NCBI GenBank assembly: GCA_964348085.1
Contig: CAYGBI010000012.1
Coordinates: 215-64,214 of the forward strand
Source of the DNA: an uncultured Pseudomonadales bacterium
GTDB lineage: Bacteria > Pseudomonadota > Gammaproteobacteria > Pseudomonadales > Azotimanducaceae
Reading direction: 5' to 3'
Length of the DNA stretch: 64,000 nt
This document shows, one piece after another, positions 29,083 to 38,445 of the stretch. The notes beneath the pieces were generated by a model. The model was not told the origin of the DNA and did no database searches. It saw nothing but the letters and a program-made list of their open reading frames with translations. Numbering within the stretch: position 1 is the first letter of the stretch; each line of letters starts with the position of its first letter. Position numbers and translations under genes: made by a program.

Positions 29083-29973
29083 ATCAAGATTGAGCCGTGC
29101 GGCGGCGCCTTTGGCGCCGAGATCACCGATGTTGCCTTGAACGACCTGAGCGACGGCGAGTGGCGCATGATCGAGGACGCCTTTCACGCATACGCCGTGC
29201 TGATCTTTCCGGGCGCGAATCTCACCGAGGCGCAACACATCGCTTTCAGCCGCCGGTTCGGTCCGCTCGAGCGCACCCTCTCGCGACGCGCAACGCGGCC
29301 GGAAATCTCGCTGCTCTCCAATGTCGGCAAGGACGGCGAGGTGGCGAAGCCGAACGACCCTTTGGGACTCTTTCTCAAGGGCAATCGATATTGGCATACG
29401 GATTCCTCCTTCAAGAAGGTAGGTGCCAAAGTCTCGCTGCTGCGTGCGGTAGTCGTTCCCGATAGCGGCGGCGACACCGAGTGGGCGGACATGCGCGCCG
29501 CTTGGGACGCGCTCGACGCGGACACGCAGCGGCAACTCGACGGCCGCCAAGCCGTACATTCCTATGCTTGGTCGCAAGGGCGAATCGGCGGCATCGGTGT
29601 GCTTTCCAAACAGGAATTGGACGCCCTGCCGCCGGTAGCGCATCCCTTGGTGCGCACGCATCCGGTCACCGGGCGCAAGAGTCTCTACGTCGGTCGCCAT
29701 GCGTCGCACATTCTTGGCATGGCCGCGGAATCCGGCAGAGCGTTGCTCCAGCGCCTGACGGAAGACGCCTGCCAGCCGCCGCGCATCATCCGGCATCACT
29801 GGCGAGCGGGCGACATCGCCGCGTGGGACAATCGTTGCGTGCTGCACCGTGGCCATCCTTGGCCATTCGAACAGCGACGGGTGATGAGGCGCACGACGGT
29901 GGCTGGCGACGGGAACAACCCTTGGGCCGTCTCCCCCGCCGACGGGCTGCTCGCGGAGACGGCGGATGCTTAG
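29083..29973 (+). CDS. TauD/TfdA family dioxygenase (start codon uncertain)
   Basis: The tracked ORF starts at TTG 29137. The in-frame upstream stretch IKIEPCGGAFGAEITDVAL is typical TauD N-terminal sequence, and GGAGAGAGAG lies just upstream of ATC 29083. The HTD triad motif (YWHTDSSF) is present. Confidence 0.75.
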   Translation: MKIEPCGGAFGAEITDVALNDLSDGEWRMIEDAFHAYAVLIFPGANLTEAQHIAFSRRFGPLERTLSRRATRPEISLLSNVGKDGEVAKPNDPLGLFLKGNRYWHTDSSFKKVGAKVSLLRAVVVPDSGGDTEWADMRAAWDALDADTQRQLDGRQAVHSYAWSQGRIGGIGVLSKQELDALPPVAHPLVRTHPVTGRKSLYVGRHASHILGMAAESGRALLQRLTEDACQPPRIIRHHWRAGDIAAWDNRCVLHRGHPWPFEQRRVMRRTTVAGDGNNPWAVSPADGLLAETADA

Positions 29974-30799
29974 GCGGGCCGGCGGCTACCTGCTGCCGCG
30001 CGACGAAGCGCCGGCGGCGAGTAGGCAATTGGAGCAAGAGGGCTATGCGGTGCTGCGCGGCGTGCTCGCCGAAGACGAGCTGCCGTCCATCCATGCGGAA
30101 ATCACCCGTGTCTACGAGACCATGCCGACCGACGGCCGCGCCCGCGTTCACGACGACGACTTCCGCTACGAAATGTTCAACAAAAGCGCGACTGCACAAC
30201 AGCTCGTCGCACGTCGCGAGATCCTCGACACCATCGAGCCGCTCTTGGGCGAGGACTGCCACATCATCGCCAACACCTGTTGGCGCAACCCCGCCGGCGC
30301 GACGCATCGTCACGGGGGAGGCGGCTGGCATATCGACGCGGGGCCGCACATCCCGCGTCCGCCGGGGGTGGAGTGGCCGGCGGAAATCCCCTACCCGGTG
30401 TTCGCCATCGGCGTACACATCTTCCTCGAAGACTGTTCGCTTGCGTCTGGCCCGACGGCGGTTATTCCGCGTAGTCACAAGAGCGGGCAGCCGCCGCCGG
30501 CGGACCGTCGGGACGACGAAACGCTAACCTGCAACGGCCGGAGCGCCCGACCGTTGGTGGCCGCCGCCGGCGACATCGCATTCTTCGTCTCCGATGTTTG
30601 GCATCGGCGTCTGCCGACCCGGGAGGAAGACGAGGGCCGGTTCTTCCTGCAAGTACACTACGCTCGTCGCGACATCGCGCAGCGCATAAAGCCGACCGCG
30701 GCGGTCAATCACATCGATGCCGACGCCTTGGCGCGCGTGGAATCGGAACGTGAAAGGCGGCTGCTCGGCATTCACCCCCGTGGCTTCTACGACGGCTAG
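29966..30799 (+). CDS. phytanoyl-CoA dioxygenase (PhyH) family protein
   Basis: 277 aa with WHIDAG (HxD) and a distal His (VWHRRLP). Overlaps the upstream TauD stop by 8 nt. Confidence 0.8.
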   Translation: MLRRAGGYLLPRDEAPAASRQLEQEGYAVLRGVLAEDELPSIHAEITRVYETMPTDGRARVHDDDFRYEMFNKSATAQQLVARREILDTIEPLLGEDCHIIANTCWRNPAGATHRHGGGGWHIDAGPHIPRPPGVEWPAEIPYPVFAIGVHIFLEDCSLASGPTAVIPRSHKSGQPPPADRRDDETLTCNGRSARPLVAAAGDIAFFVSDVWHRRLPTREEDEGRFFLQVHYARRDIAQRIKPTAAVNHIDADALARVESERERRLLGIHPRGFYDG

Positions 30800-30905
30800 C
30801 AGTCCGTCGGGCTTGGCAGCGGAAGCCGCGAAGTCCGACGGAGTGCTAGGGCGGCTTGGGCTGGGGCGAAAGGCAGTGTTTCGAGGCAACGGCGCCAAGC
30901 CTAGG
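30797..30905 (+). repeat. CTAG-bounded palindromic repeat, copy 3
   Basis: TAGCAGTCCGTCGGGCTTGGCAGCGGAAGCCGCGAAGTCCGACGGAGTGCTAGGGCGGCTTGGGCTGGGGCGAAAGG... Its first TAG is the stop codon of the PhyH gene, and it ends at CCTAGG. Confidence 0.8.
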
Positions 30906-30916
30906 ACGTAAGACAT

Positions 30917-32113
30917 ATGGTGCTCATCCCCGAACGTTGGCGCACGCCGATCGCATTCCTTGTGCTCGCAAGCATCGCGATGCCGCTCGGTTTCGCCGCG
31001 TGGCAAGCGCTGCTCAACAACTTCGCCATTGAAGAGGCGGGGTTCACGGGGCGGGAGATGGGCTGGCTGCAAAGCCTGCGCGAAGTCCCCGGCTTCCTCG
31101 CCTTTACCGCGGTATTCGTGATTCTGGTGCTGCGCGAGCAGACCTTCGCCATCGTCTCGGTGGCGGTGTTCGGCCTCGGCGTCGCCATTACCGGTTTCTT
31201 CCCGAACGAATACGGCCTGTATTTCACGGCCGTGCTGATGTCCATCGGCTTCCACTACTTCGAGACCATCCGGCAGTCCCTGTCGCTGCAATGGCTGAGC
31301 AAGGACGAAGCGCCGCGCATTCTTGGCCGACTCATCGCCGTCGGCTCGGCGACATCGCTGGTGGCATTCGGCGCGATGTACGTCGTGCTCGAAGTCTTCA
31401 ACGTCGACTATCACTGGATATATCTCGTCGCCGGCGGCGGCGCACTTGTCATCGCCATCGCACTCTCGCGTTTCCCGCACTTCGAGGGGCGAACGCCGCA
31501 GCGCAAGGAGATCGTGCTGCGCTCCCGCTACTGGCTGTACTACAGCTTGACCTTCCTATCTGGTGCGCGCCGGCAGATTTTCGTCGTCTTCGCCGGTTTT
31601 CTGATGGTGGAGAAGTTCGGCTATTCGGCGGCCAATATCGCCGCGTTGTTCCTCGTCAACCACCTGTTCAACTTCTTCTTCGCCGAGCGGATTGGCGCTT
31701 GGATCGGCCGTATCGGCGAACGCCACGCTTTGACGCTGGAGTACGTCGGCCTGATTCTCGTCTTCACCGCCTACGCGTTCGTCGACAACGCCTATTTCGC
31801 CGCCGGCTTGTACATCCTCGACCACCTGTTCTTTGCCTTGGCGATCGCCATCAAGACCTACTTCCAGAAAATCGCGGACCCGGCGGACATCGCCTCCACG
31901 GCCGGCGTTTCCTTCACCATCAACCACATCGCCGCGGTCATCATCCCCGCCGTGCTCGGCTACGTCTGGCTCGAATCCCACACGGCAGTGTTCTTGATCG
32001 GTGCCGTGTTCGCGCTGCTGTCGCTTACGATGGCGCAGAACGTGCCGTCAAGCCCGCGACAGGGCAACGAGACCGTGGTGGGGCTGGCGTTAGGGCGAGC
32101 CCGGGCGGGGTAG
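30917..32113 (+). CDS. MFS transporter
   Basis: 398 aa with about 12 predicted TM segments and MFS-like composition. Confidence 0.85.
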   Translation: MVLIPERWRTPIAFLVLASIAMPLGFAAWQALLNNFAIEEAGFTGREMGWLQSLREVPGFLAFTAVFVILVLREQTFAIVSVAVFGLGVAITGFFPNEYGLYFTAVLMSIGFHYFETIRQSLSLQWLSKDEAPRILGRLIAVGSATSLVAFGAMYVVLEVFNVDYHWIYLVAGGGALVIAIALSRFPHFEGRTPQRKEIVLRSRYWLYYSLTFLSGARRQIFVVFAGFLMVEKFGYSAANIAALFLVNHLFNFFFAERIGAWIGRIGERHALTLEYVGLILVFTAYAFVDNAYFAAGLYILDHLFFALAIAIKTYFQKIADPADIASTAGVSFTINHIAAVIIPAVLGYVWLESHTAVFLIGAVFALLSLTMAQNVPSSPRQGNETVVGLALGRARAG

Positions 32114-32281
32114 CTGCGCCGACTATTCGGCCCCGCGGTGCCAACTCCCGCCACCGTAGCACCTCGCTCCGTTGACGATAACCGTGCGTCAGAGAGAAGG
32201 GCTGAGCTCGTGTGGAACCACCGAAACGAGGCGTGATCGATGCCTCGCACGTTGGCGCCTCAAGCAACGGTAGCGTTTGCG

Positions 32282-32662
32282 TTACCGTGCAGCGCGCAGC
32301 AGTTCCGCGATCTCGGCCTTGCCTTCCTTCATCGCCTCCGGGTCCGTCAGCGGAATCCGAAATGCCCTCGCGACGGTTTGGGTGGATTGCCAATCGAGTT
32401 CCGCGACGGCTTGAGCGTTGACGCCGTTGTTGTCGGTCGCGTGTACATCTGCGCCGGCGGCAAGCAGCATCTTGGCAATCTCCGCCCGGCCTAGAAGGGC
32501 GGCGAAGATCAGTGGCGTGCTGCCCATGTCGGGATCTCGTGCGTTGGCATCGGCACCCTTGGCGAGGACCACCTTAACGGTAGCGGCATCGTCGCCAATG
32601 ATCGCAAACGCGATTTCTTGGAAGCCAACACCGGGCGAACCGTCGCCGGACCCGCCTAGCAT
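32282..32662 (-). CDS. ankyrin-repeat protein
   Basis: Two to three ANK units (GSTPLIFAALLGRAEIAKMLLAAGADVHATDNNGVNA). The frame stays open upstream of the ATG, so the N-terminus is uncertain. Confidence 0.65.
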   Translation of the reverse strand: MLGGSGDGSPGVGFQEIAFAIIGDDAATVKVVLAKGADANARDPDMGSTPLIFAALLGRAEIAKMLLAAGADVHATDNNGVNAQAVAELDWQSTQTVARAFRIPLTDPEAMKEGKAEIAELLRAAR

Positions 32663-32750
32663 CGCAATGATCCCGGTTCGCTCCGTCTCGCGGTATTCTG
32701 GCCCACGGTCAGTTGCCGCCTGCCGATTCGCGCTGGTCGTACGTCGCCGC

Positions 32751-32832
32751 TAGCAGTCCGACGGAGTGATAGGGCGGCTTGGGTTGGGGCGAAAGGCGGC
32801 GCCGGGAGGCGACGCCTTTCGTGGCGTTAGCG
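32751..32832 (+). repeat. CTAG-bounded palindromic repeat, copy 4 (lacks the 5' hairpin arm)
   Basis: CTAGCAGTCCGACGGAGTGATAGGGCGGCTTGGGTTGGGGCGAAAGGCGGCGCCGGGAGGCGACGCCTTTCGTGGCGTTAGCG. Confidence 0.75.
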
Positions 32833-32846
32833 CACTGCATTGGCTG

Positions 32847-33033
32847 TAGTTCGGCGCCGGTATGAAGCCGAACCCGGCCTGTTCCAGCAACTTCGCCACG
32901 CCAATGGTGACCAAGTCGCCGTACTCCGGCCCGATGATCTGCACGCCGATGGGTAGGCCGCTGGCGTCGGGGCCGGTGGGGATGACGGTGGATGGTAGGT
33001 AGGCGACGCTCGCCAGCCCCGCCCAGAACACTT
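32847..33033 (-). pseudogene. 3' fragment of the amidase gene (duplicate of about 33639..33825)
   Basis: Encodes ...FWAGLASVAYLPSTVIPTGPDASGLPIGVQIIGPEYGDLVTIGVAKLLEQAGFGF..., nearly identical to the C-terminus of the 33632..35077 amidase. About 8 mismatches in about 190 nt by eye. It has no 5' part. Confidence 0.85.
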
Positions 33034-33306
33034 TTGTCCGCCATCAAGACCTACCTCCAGAAAATCGCCGACCCGGCGGACATCGCCTCCACGGCCGGTG
33101 TTTTCTTCACCATCAACCACATCGCCGTGGTCATCATCCCCGCCGTGCTCGGCTACGTCTGGCTCGAATCCCACACGGCAGTGTTCTTGATCGGTGCCGT
33201 GTTCGCGCTGCTGTCGCTTACGATGGCGCAGAACGTGCCGTTGAGCCCGCGGTAGGGCAACGAGACCGTGGTGGGTCTGGCGTTCGGGCGAGCTTGGGCG
33301 GGGTAG
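33034..33306 (+). pseudogene. 3' fragment of the MFS transporter gene (duplicate of about 31840..32114)
   Basis: Encodes AIKTYLQKIADPADIASTAGVFFTINHIAVVIIPAVLGYVWLESHTAVFLIGAVFALLSLTMAQNVP..., matching the MFS C-terminus. About 13 mismatches in about 265 nt by eye. A premature TAG is present and the 5' part is missing. Confidence 0.85.
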
Positions 33307-33325
33307 CGACGAGCGCCGCATGCTC

Positions 33326-33580
33326 CTAACAGCCCCGATCCCTTTCGATCCCGCCGGCTCGGACTCCTGATTGAGAGGAATCCTCCGTTGGTGGCGGGCT
33401 CGTCCACCCAATTGACGGAACCACGACGGCCTCCGGGGCGTTCACATGGGCCTTAACTACGACCACGCCATGTTGTGTCTGTGCCGAGCGACTGGACCAG
33501 TCGACCGTATCGGAAACATGAAAGGAAGTAGCTGCCGTACCCTCCAGAATATAGGAGACGCTGCGTTGCCTATTGGTCAT
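33326..33580 (-). CDS. hypothetical small protein (84 aa)
   Basis: Strong SD (GGAGGAAGG) 4-5 nt upstream of the ATG. It lies 51 nt downstream of the amidase stop on the same strand. No recognisable family. Confidence 0.35.
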   Translation of the reverse strand: MTNRQRSVSYILEGTAATSFHVSDTVDWSSRSAQTQHGVVVVKAHVNAPEAVVVPSIGWTSPPPTEDSSQSGVRAGGIERDRGC

Positions 33581-33631
33581 TCAACCTTCCTCCAACCCTC
33601 GAAGCTGCGTGATGCCCGATCCACTCACCGC

Positions 33632-35077
33632 TCAACCATAGTTCGGCGTCGGTGTGAAGCCGAACCCAGCCTGCTCCAGCAACTTCGCCACGCCAATGGT
33701 GACTAAGTCGCCGTATTCCGGCCCGATGATCTGCACGCCGATGGGCAGGCCGCCGGCGTCGGGGCCGGTGGGGATGACGGTGGATGGTAGGTAGGCGACG
33801 CTCGCCAGCCCCGCCCAGAACACTTGATCGAAGTACGGCTGCTGCTTGTCATTGACCGCTATCGTGCGTTCGCCAAAGGGACCTTGGTCGTGCGGGAACG
33901 CCGAGGTGGCCATGATCGGCGCCAGCACGATGTCGAAACGGTTGAAGAAGTCGTGCCAGCGCCAACGAATGTGCGTTCGCTTTTCGTTGTTTGCGGTCCA
34001 GTCGCGGAAACGCGCCACCTGCGAGCGTTGGATGACGGCGGAAAGGCTCATGTCTTCCGGCGGCAGGTCTTCTACTTGACGCACGATGGTCTGATAGCGG
34101 TCTTCCGGCATCCGCGCGGACATGGTGGCTTGCAGCAGGCACTGATACACGAAGTGGGTGTGCTCCGAATCCACAGGACGAGCCTCGAAATCCACCGTCG
34201 CGCCCATTCCGGAGAGCGCGTCCGCGACCGCATCGACGCGCGCGGATACCGTGGCGTCCACCGGCGCCATCGCGTCGTCGCGCCATACCGCGACCTTGAG
34301 TTCGCCTGCCGTCTTGCGGAGTTCCGGCAGCGCCAGCGCGAGACCCCGGCTGTCGATTTCGTTCGGTCCGGCCATCGCCCGCACCGTCGTTTCAAGGTCC
34401 GACGCCGAGCGTGCCAGTGGACCGATCACGGAGATGTCGGAGGGCGTCAGAACGCCCGGCATGGCGTGGCCCCTCGGCGGCAATAGGTTCCAAGTGGGTT
34501 TGTGGCCGAAGACGCCACAGAAGTGCGCCGGGTTGCGAATGGAGCCGCCGATATCCGAGCCGGTCTCCAAGCCGGTGAGCCCCGCCGCTAGCGCCGCCGC
34601 CGAGCCGCCGGACGAGCCGCCGGGCGTGCGCCGCAAGTGCCACGGATTGTTGGTAGTGCCGTATATCGCGTTGTAGCTCTGGAAGTCCGAGAGCATGAGC
34701 GGCACGTTGGTCTTGCCGAAGATGACGGCGCCGGCGGCTTTTAGGCGGGAGATGGAGAGCGCATCCCTTGCGGCGATGTTGTCCTTGAGCTCGGGCACTC
34801 CCCACGTCGTAGGGGTGCCGGCCACGTCGTAGGACTCCTTCACCGTCATTGGCACGCCGTGCAGCGGTCCCCAATGTTCACCTCGCGCCAGCGCCTCGTC
34901 CGCTTGCCGTGCCCGTGCCATAGCTTCCTCGCGGACCTGCACGATGATGGCGTTGAGGTCCGAGTTGAAGCGGTCCACACGCTCGAAGTAGTACGCCAGC
35001 AGTTCGGCGCTGCTGATGTCCTTGTTTCTGACTCGTCCTGCTAGTTCGCCGGCGCTGGCGAATGCCAAGTCGCCCAC
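33632..35077 (-). CDS. amidase (amidase-signature family)
   Basis: 481 aa with the AS signature GGSSGGSAAALAAG and a catalytic Ser-cisSer-Lys context. Confidence 0.9.
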   Translation of the reverse strand: MGDLAFASAGELAGRVRNKDISSAELLAYYFERVDRFNSDLNAIIVQVREEAMARARQADEALARGEHWGPLHGVPMTVKESYDVAGTPTTWGVPELKDNIAARDALSISRLKAAGAVIFGKTNVPLMLSDFQSYNAIYGTTNNPWHLRRTPGGSSGGSAAALAAGLTGLETGSDIGGSIRNPAHFCGVFGHKPTWNLLPPRGHAMPGVLTPSDISVIGPLARSASDLETTVRAMAGPNEIDSRGLALALPELRKTAGELKVAVWRDDAMAPVDATVSARVDAVADALSGMGATVDFEARPVDSEHTHFVYQCLLQATMSARMPEDRYQTIVRQVEDLPPEDMSLSAVIQRSQVARFRDWTANNEKRTHIRWRWHDFFNRFDIVLAPIMATSAFPHDQGPFGERTIAVNDKQQPYFDQVFWAGLASVAYLPSTVIPTGPDAGGLPIGVQIIGPEYGDLVTIGVAKLLEQAGFGFTPTPNYG

Positions 35078-35143
35078 AAGCCCCTCCTGTGGTGCGGTAG
35101 AGATGGGTAGATCGAGCGGGCGACTGTGACGGCGGAGGGCGGA

Positions 35144-37888
35144 TTAGTCAAGCTTCGACAACTGCCGCCGCAGCAATTGCGCCGCTGCGACATCGGCGGG
35201 CTTTGCCGAAAGCAGTATCGCATCGTCCATGGAGAGCGCCGCTCGCGGGCCGTGTTCGCTGATGAGCCGCCCGAGCACGGTGGCGTCGGTGTGGAAGCGG
35301 TGCGACGGCGACACTTGATCGAGGGCAGTGGCGATGGCCGACGTAGTTGTCCGCGCCAAGTCCACGCCGGCCGCCGCCAAGCAATCGAACACCTCCTCGC
35401 CGGTGATCGGCGCGAGCGTCGCGTGCCGCACGGGTTGTCGCGTCAGTAGCGCGTCCACTAGCGCTCGACACACGACGTCTCGGGTAGTGAATTGCCACCG
35501 CCAACCGCGCTCGACGTCTGGAAAGACGCCGGCGGCGATCAACGCCTTCAGCGTGCTCGCGAGACGATCATTGCGCGGGTGGCCGAGGAGGTGCGGAATG
35601 CGCACTACGCTCGTCGGCAGGCCACGCGCAGCCGCTTGCTGAAGCAATGCTTCCGCGGCGAGTTTGGTTCGCGAGTATGCGTCGGCGCCCGAGGCCGCCA
35701 ATCGCTGCGCTAGCAGCCCTTCGACCTCAGGGGTAGCCTCCTTCCGCTCGCCGTCGCCGAGCGGAAATATGGCGCTGGAGGAGACGTGTACCAACGGCAC
35801 GGCGCGTTCGGCGGCCAGTCGAATCAGCCCTTTGACGGCGTGCGTGTTGAGCGGCGCCAAATCGTCGTAGGACGCGAATGCGTCGACGTTGGCGGCGATG
35901 TGGACGATCGCGTCGATCCGCCGCCCCAACTGGACCCATTGTCGAACCGGGAGGCCGAATCGCGGCTCGGTGAGGTCGCCGTGAATCGCGGTCCCGCCAC
36001 GGACCTTGCCACTGCGAACGAGCGCCAACACCTCGAACCGGCCACGGGCAGCGTCGACGAACGCTCGACCGACGTAGCCCGAAGCGCCGGTGACGAGCAC
36101 TGTGCGCGGCGGCGTCATCGGCGAGGGAGCGGCGCTGCCGATGCGTAATCCCGGCGCGAGTTGCGGCAGTCGCCAATCCTTGACTTCGCCGACTCGTGCG
36201 CCTGCGGCGATGAAGGCCGCAAGCGCGGCCGGGCGCGAATGCTGCAGGAAATCGGCGACGCGAATGCGCCTACCCGTGCGTTGCTGCAATATGCCGCAAA
36301 GCGCGATTGCCGAAAGGCTGTCGCCGCCGCAGTCGATGAAGTCGTCTTTGCGGGTAACGGTCGGGTCGTTCAGCACTCGGTGAAAGGCCGCCAGCACGTC
36401 GCGTTCGAGGTCCGCGGGTCGCCCGGGCGCGACAGCGGGCGCCGCACGCCGATCCGCTTTGCCCGACGAGGCAAGCGGCAACGCCGAGACGGTTTCGATG
36501 CGCCCCGGCACGGCGTGAGCGGCTAGGCGCGCGGCCGCGAACTCGCGCAGGTCGGCGGCGAGCGTTCTCGCGTCCGCGTTTGGCGTAGGAACGACGAAGG
36601 CAACCAACTTGCCGTCCGCCTCGCGTACGGAAACGTCGGCGACGTCCGGATGCCCGGTGAGCATGTCCGCGACATGCTCTGGGTTCACCCGAGCGCCGCG
36701 AATCTTGATGCCGTCGCCGCACCGGCCCAGTACGCGCAACCGGCCGTCGGCCGTCAATACGCCCAAATCACCCGTGTCGTACACGCGAGCATCGCCCCAC
36801 GGGGCGCCCGCGAGTGTGAAGAACGGCGATTCGGATTGCCCTTCGGCGCCGGCGACATAGCCGGACGCCAAGCCTGGGCCGGAGACGAGGATGCGGCCCG
36901 GCCGACCGACCGGCAGCAATCGCTCGCGCTGGTCCACATCGGCGATGGCGACGCGGGCGAAGTCCGCGACCTCGAGCGCCGGCATCTCGCCGTCGTCGTT
37001 GATCGGCGCGGCGGCGACATCCGCGCACTCGGCGGTGGAGTAGAGATTGAGCACGGCAACCTCGGGCAGCGCGCGCCGCACCCGCTTGGCGAAATTGTCG
37101 GTCACCCGTTCGCCGCAGAGCACCAGCCAGCGCAGCTTGCGGAGCGCGTTCACGGCTTCGGCGGAGTTGAGGCAGGCGGCGAGCAGCGTTGGCGTCACCA
37201 TCAAGCGGGTGATCGCGTGGCGAACGAGTACCGCTGCCAAGGCTAGAGGATCGCGCATGGCGTTGTCCGGAATCATCACCGCCGGCACACCGTTGAAGAG
37301 CGCCGGCACGACGTCCCAAATGCCGAAGATATTGCAGCCGACGGCATCGTCCGGTCGATACGGCATCAGCGCCGTGCGCCAAGCGTGGGAGCGCAGTGAG
37401 CCGATTTGGTCTGTCGTCACCGCCTTCGGCGAGCCGGTGGAGGTGCCGGAGGTCAACAGGATATGCGCCGTTCGGCTGGTGGTCCGTGGGACTTCGGGCG
37501 GCGACGCCGTGGGCGTTGCGGGAGGCGCGGTTCGGAGCAAGATTTTCGGCACGCCGAAGTCCGTCGCTTCGTCCGTCACCAAGACGTCAAGGCGTAGCAG
37601 CGCGAGCACCTTGGCCATCACCGGCGCCGGCAAGCGACTCAGCGGCGTGAACACCATCCCGGCGCGCAAGCAGGCGAAGTAGGTGATCACCAACTCGACG
37701 CTCGGTTGCAGCAGGACGCCCACCCGGGCGCCCACGCCGTGGCCGTCGCGCAGCGCCGCCGAGCACACCTCGATGGCGTGGCGCAATTGCCGATAGGTGA
37801 GCGTGCGAGTGGCGTCGACCAGCACGACTCTGTTCGGGGCGCGACGCTCCGCGCGCAGGAGATTCGCAAGTAGAGTCATGGCGCCCAC
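35144..37888 (-). CDS. NRPS-like adenylation - carrier protein - thioester reductase (A-T-R) enzyme
   Basis: Adenylation motifs are LLTSGTSTGSPK, YDTGDLG, GRCGDGIKIRGARV and LPLASSGKADR. The phosphopantetheine attachment site is GGDSLSA. The C-terminal SDR reductase has VLVTGASGYVGRAF and YSRTK. Confidence 0.9.
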   Translation of the reverse strand: MGAMTLLANLLRAERRAPNRVVLVDATRTLTYRQLRHAIEVCSAALRDGHGVGARVGVLLQPSVELVITYFACLRAGMVFTPLSRLPAPVMAKVLALLRLDVLVTDEATDFGVPKILLRTAPPATPTASPPEVPRTTSRTAHILLTSGTSTGSPKAVTTDQIGSLRSHAWRTALMPYRPDDAVGCNIFGIWDVVPALFNGVPAVMIPDNAMRDPLALAAVLVRHAITRLMVTPTLLAACLNSAEAVNALRKLRWLVLCGERVTDNFAKRVRRALPEVAVLNLYSTAECADVAAAPINDDGEMPALEVADFARVAIADVDQRERLLPVGRPGRILVSGPGLASGYVAGAEGQSESPFFTLAGAPWGDARVYDTGDLGVLTADGRLRVLGRCGDGIKIRGARVNPEHVADMLTGHPDVADVSVREADGKLVAFVVPTPNADARTLAADLREFAAARLAAHAVPGRIETVSALPLASSGKADRRAAPAVAPGRPADLERDVLAAFHRVLNDPTVTRKDDFIDCGGDSLSAIALCGILQQRTGRRIRVADFLQHSRPAALAAFIAAGARVGEVKDWRLPQLAPGLRIGSAAPSPMTPPRTVLVTGASGYVGRAFVDAARGRFEVLALVRSGKVRGGTAIHGDLTEPRFGLPVRQWVQLGRRIDAIVHIAANVDAFASYDDLAPLNTHAVKGLIRLAAERAVPLVHVSSSAIFPLGDGERKEATPEVEGLLAQRLAASGADAYSRTKLAAEALLQQAAARGLPTSVVRIPHLLGHPRNDRLASTLKALIAAGVFPDVERGWRWQFTTRDVVCRALVDALLTRQPVRHATLAPITGEEVFDCLAAAGVDLARTTTSAIATALDQVSPSHRFHTDATVLGRLISEHGPRAALSMDDAILLSAKPADVAAAQLLRRQLSKLD

Positions 37889-37994
37889 CCGGGCGTTGGC
37901 CGCCGAACTTGGGTCACTGGCCGGACGTCTCGGCCGAGAAGCCGACGCGAGCGCTTCTCGGCGTCGCTGCCGCCGCCGACAAGCCCGTTGGACG

Positions 37995-38309
37995 CTAGCT
38001 GATGACCGAGTTTGGCGTCGGTACGATACGGGTGACTTCGATATCCGGTTGCATCAGCGCGGCCACGGTCGGCGCGATGTCGTTCTTCCACTCGTCGGTC
38101 TGATAGACAGCCGCGTACAAACGCTCTCGTTCTTCCTCCGAGGCGAAGCGACGCAGCCAAACGTAGGTGGTTTCGTCCTCTCCTCGGAAACTGCCGGCGA
38201 TCACCATGCCTTTCGCCACTTGGAAGGGGATGATGGTGCCTTCCATGAACCTCACCCACTCGTCCATCTTGCCGTCGTTGATCTTGTAGCGCCGCAATTC
38301 GTAGAACAC
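37995..38309 (-). CDS. NIPSNAP family protein
   Basis: GTG at 38309 preceded by AGGGGA. FYELRRYKINDGKMDEWVRFMEG... is typical of the NIPSNAP dimeric alpha-beta barrel. Confidence 0.7.
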   Translation of the reverse strand: MFYELRRYKINDGKMDEWVRFMEGTIIPFQVAKGMVIAGSFRGEDETTYVWLRRFASEEERERLYAAVYQTDEWKNDIAPTVAALMQPDIEVTRIVPTPNSVIS

Positions 38310-38445
38310 TCGTCTTCCCCTTCGTCGCGGCGGGAGGGCCGCGTATGAACACATACGTTTAGTTTACACGCCGCGTTCAGTTCATGCCGCGGGCGCTACG
38401 CCGCGTTCGAACTATACTGCCGCCTCCAACAAACGGAGAGCAGCG

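Noticed and set aside
29059-29856. 265-aa minus-strand ORF antisense to the second TauD gene
   Set aside because: The plus strand carries clear TauD motifs. The antisense ORF shows none.
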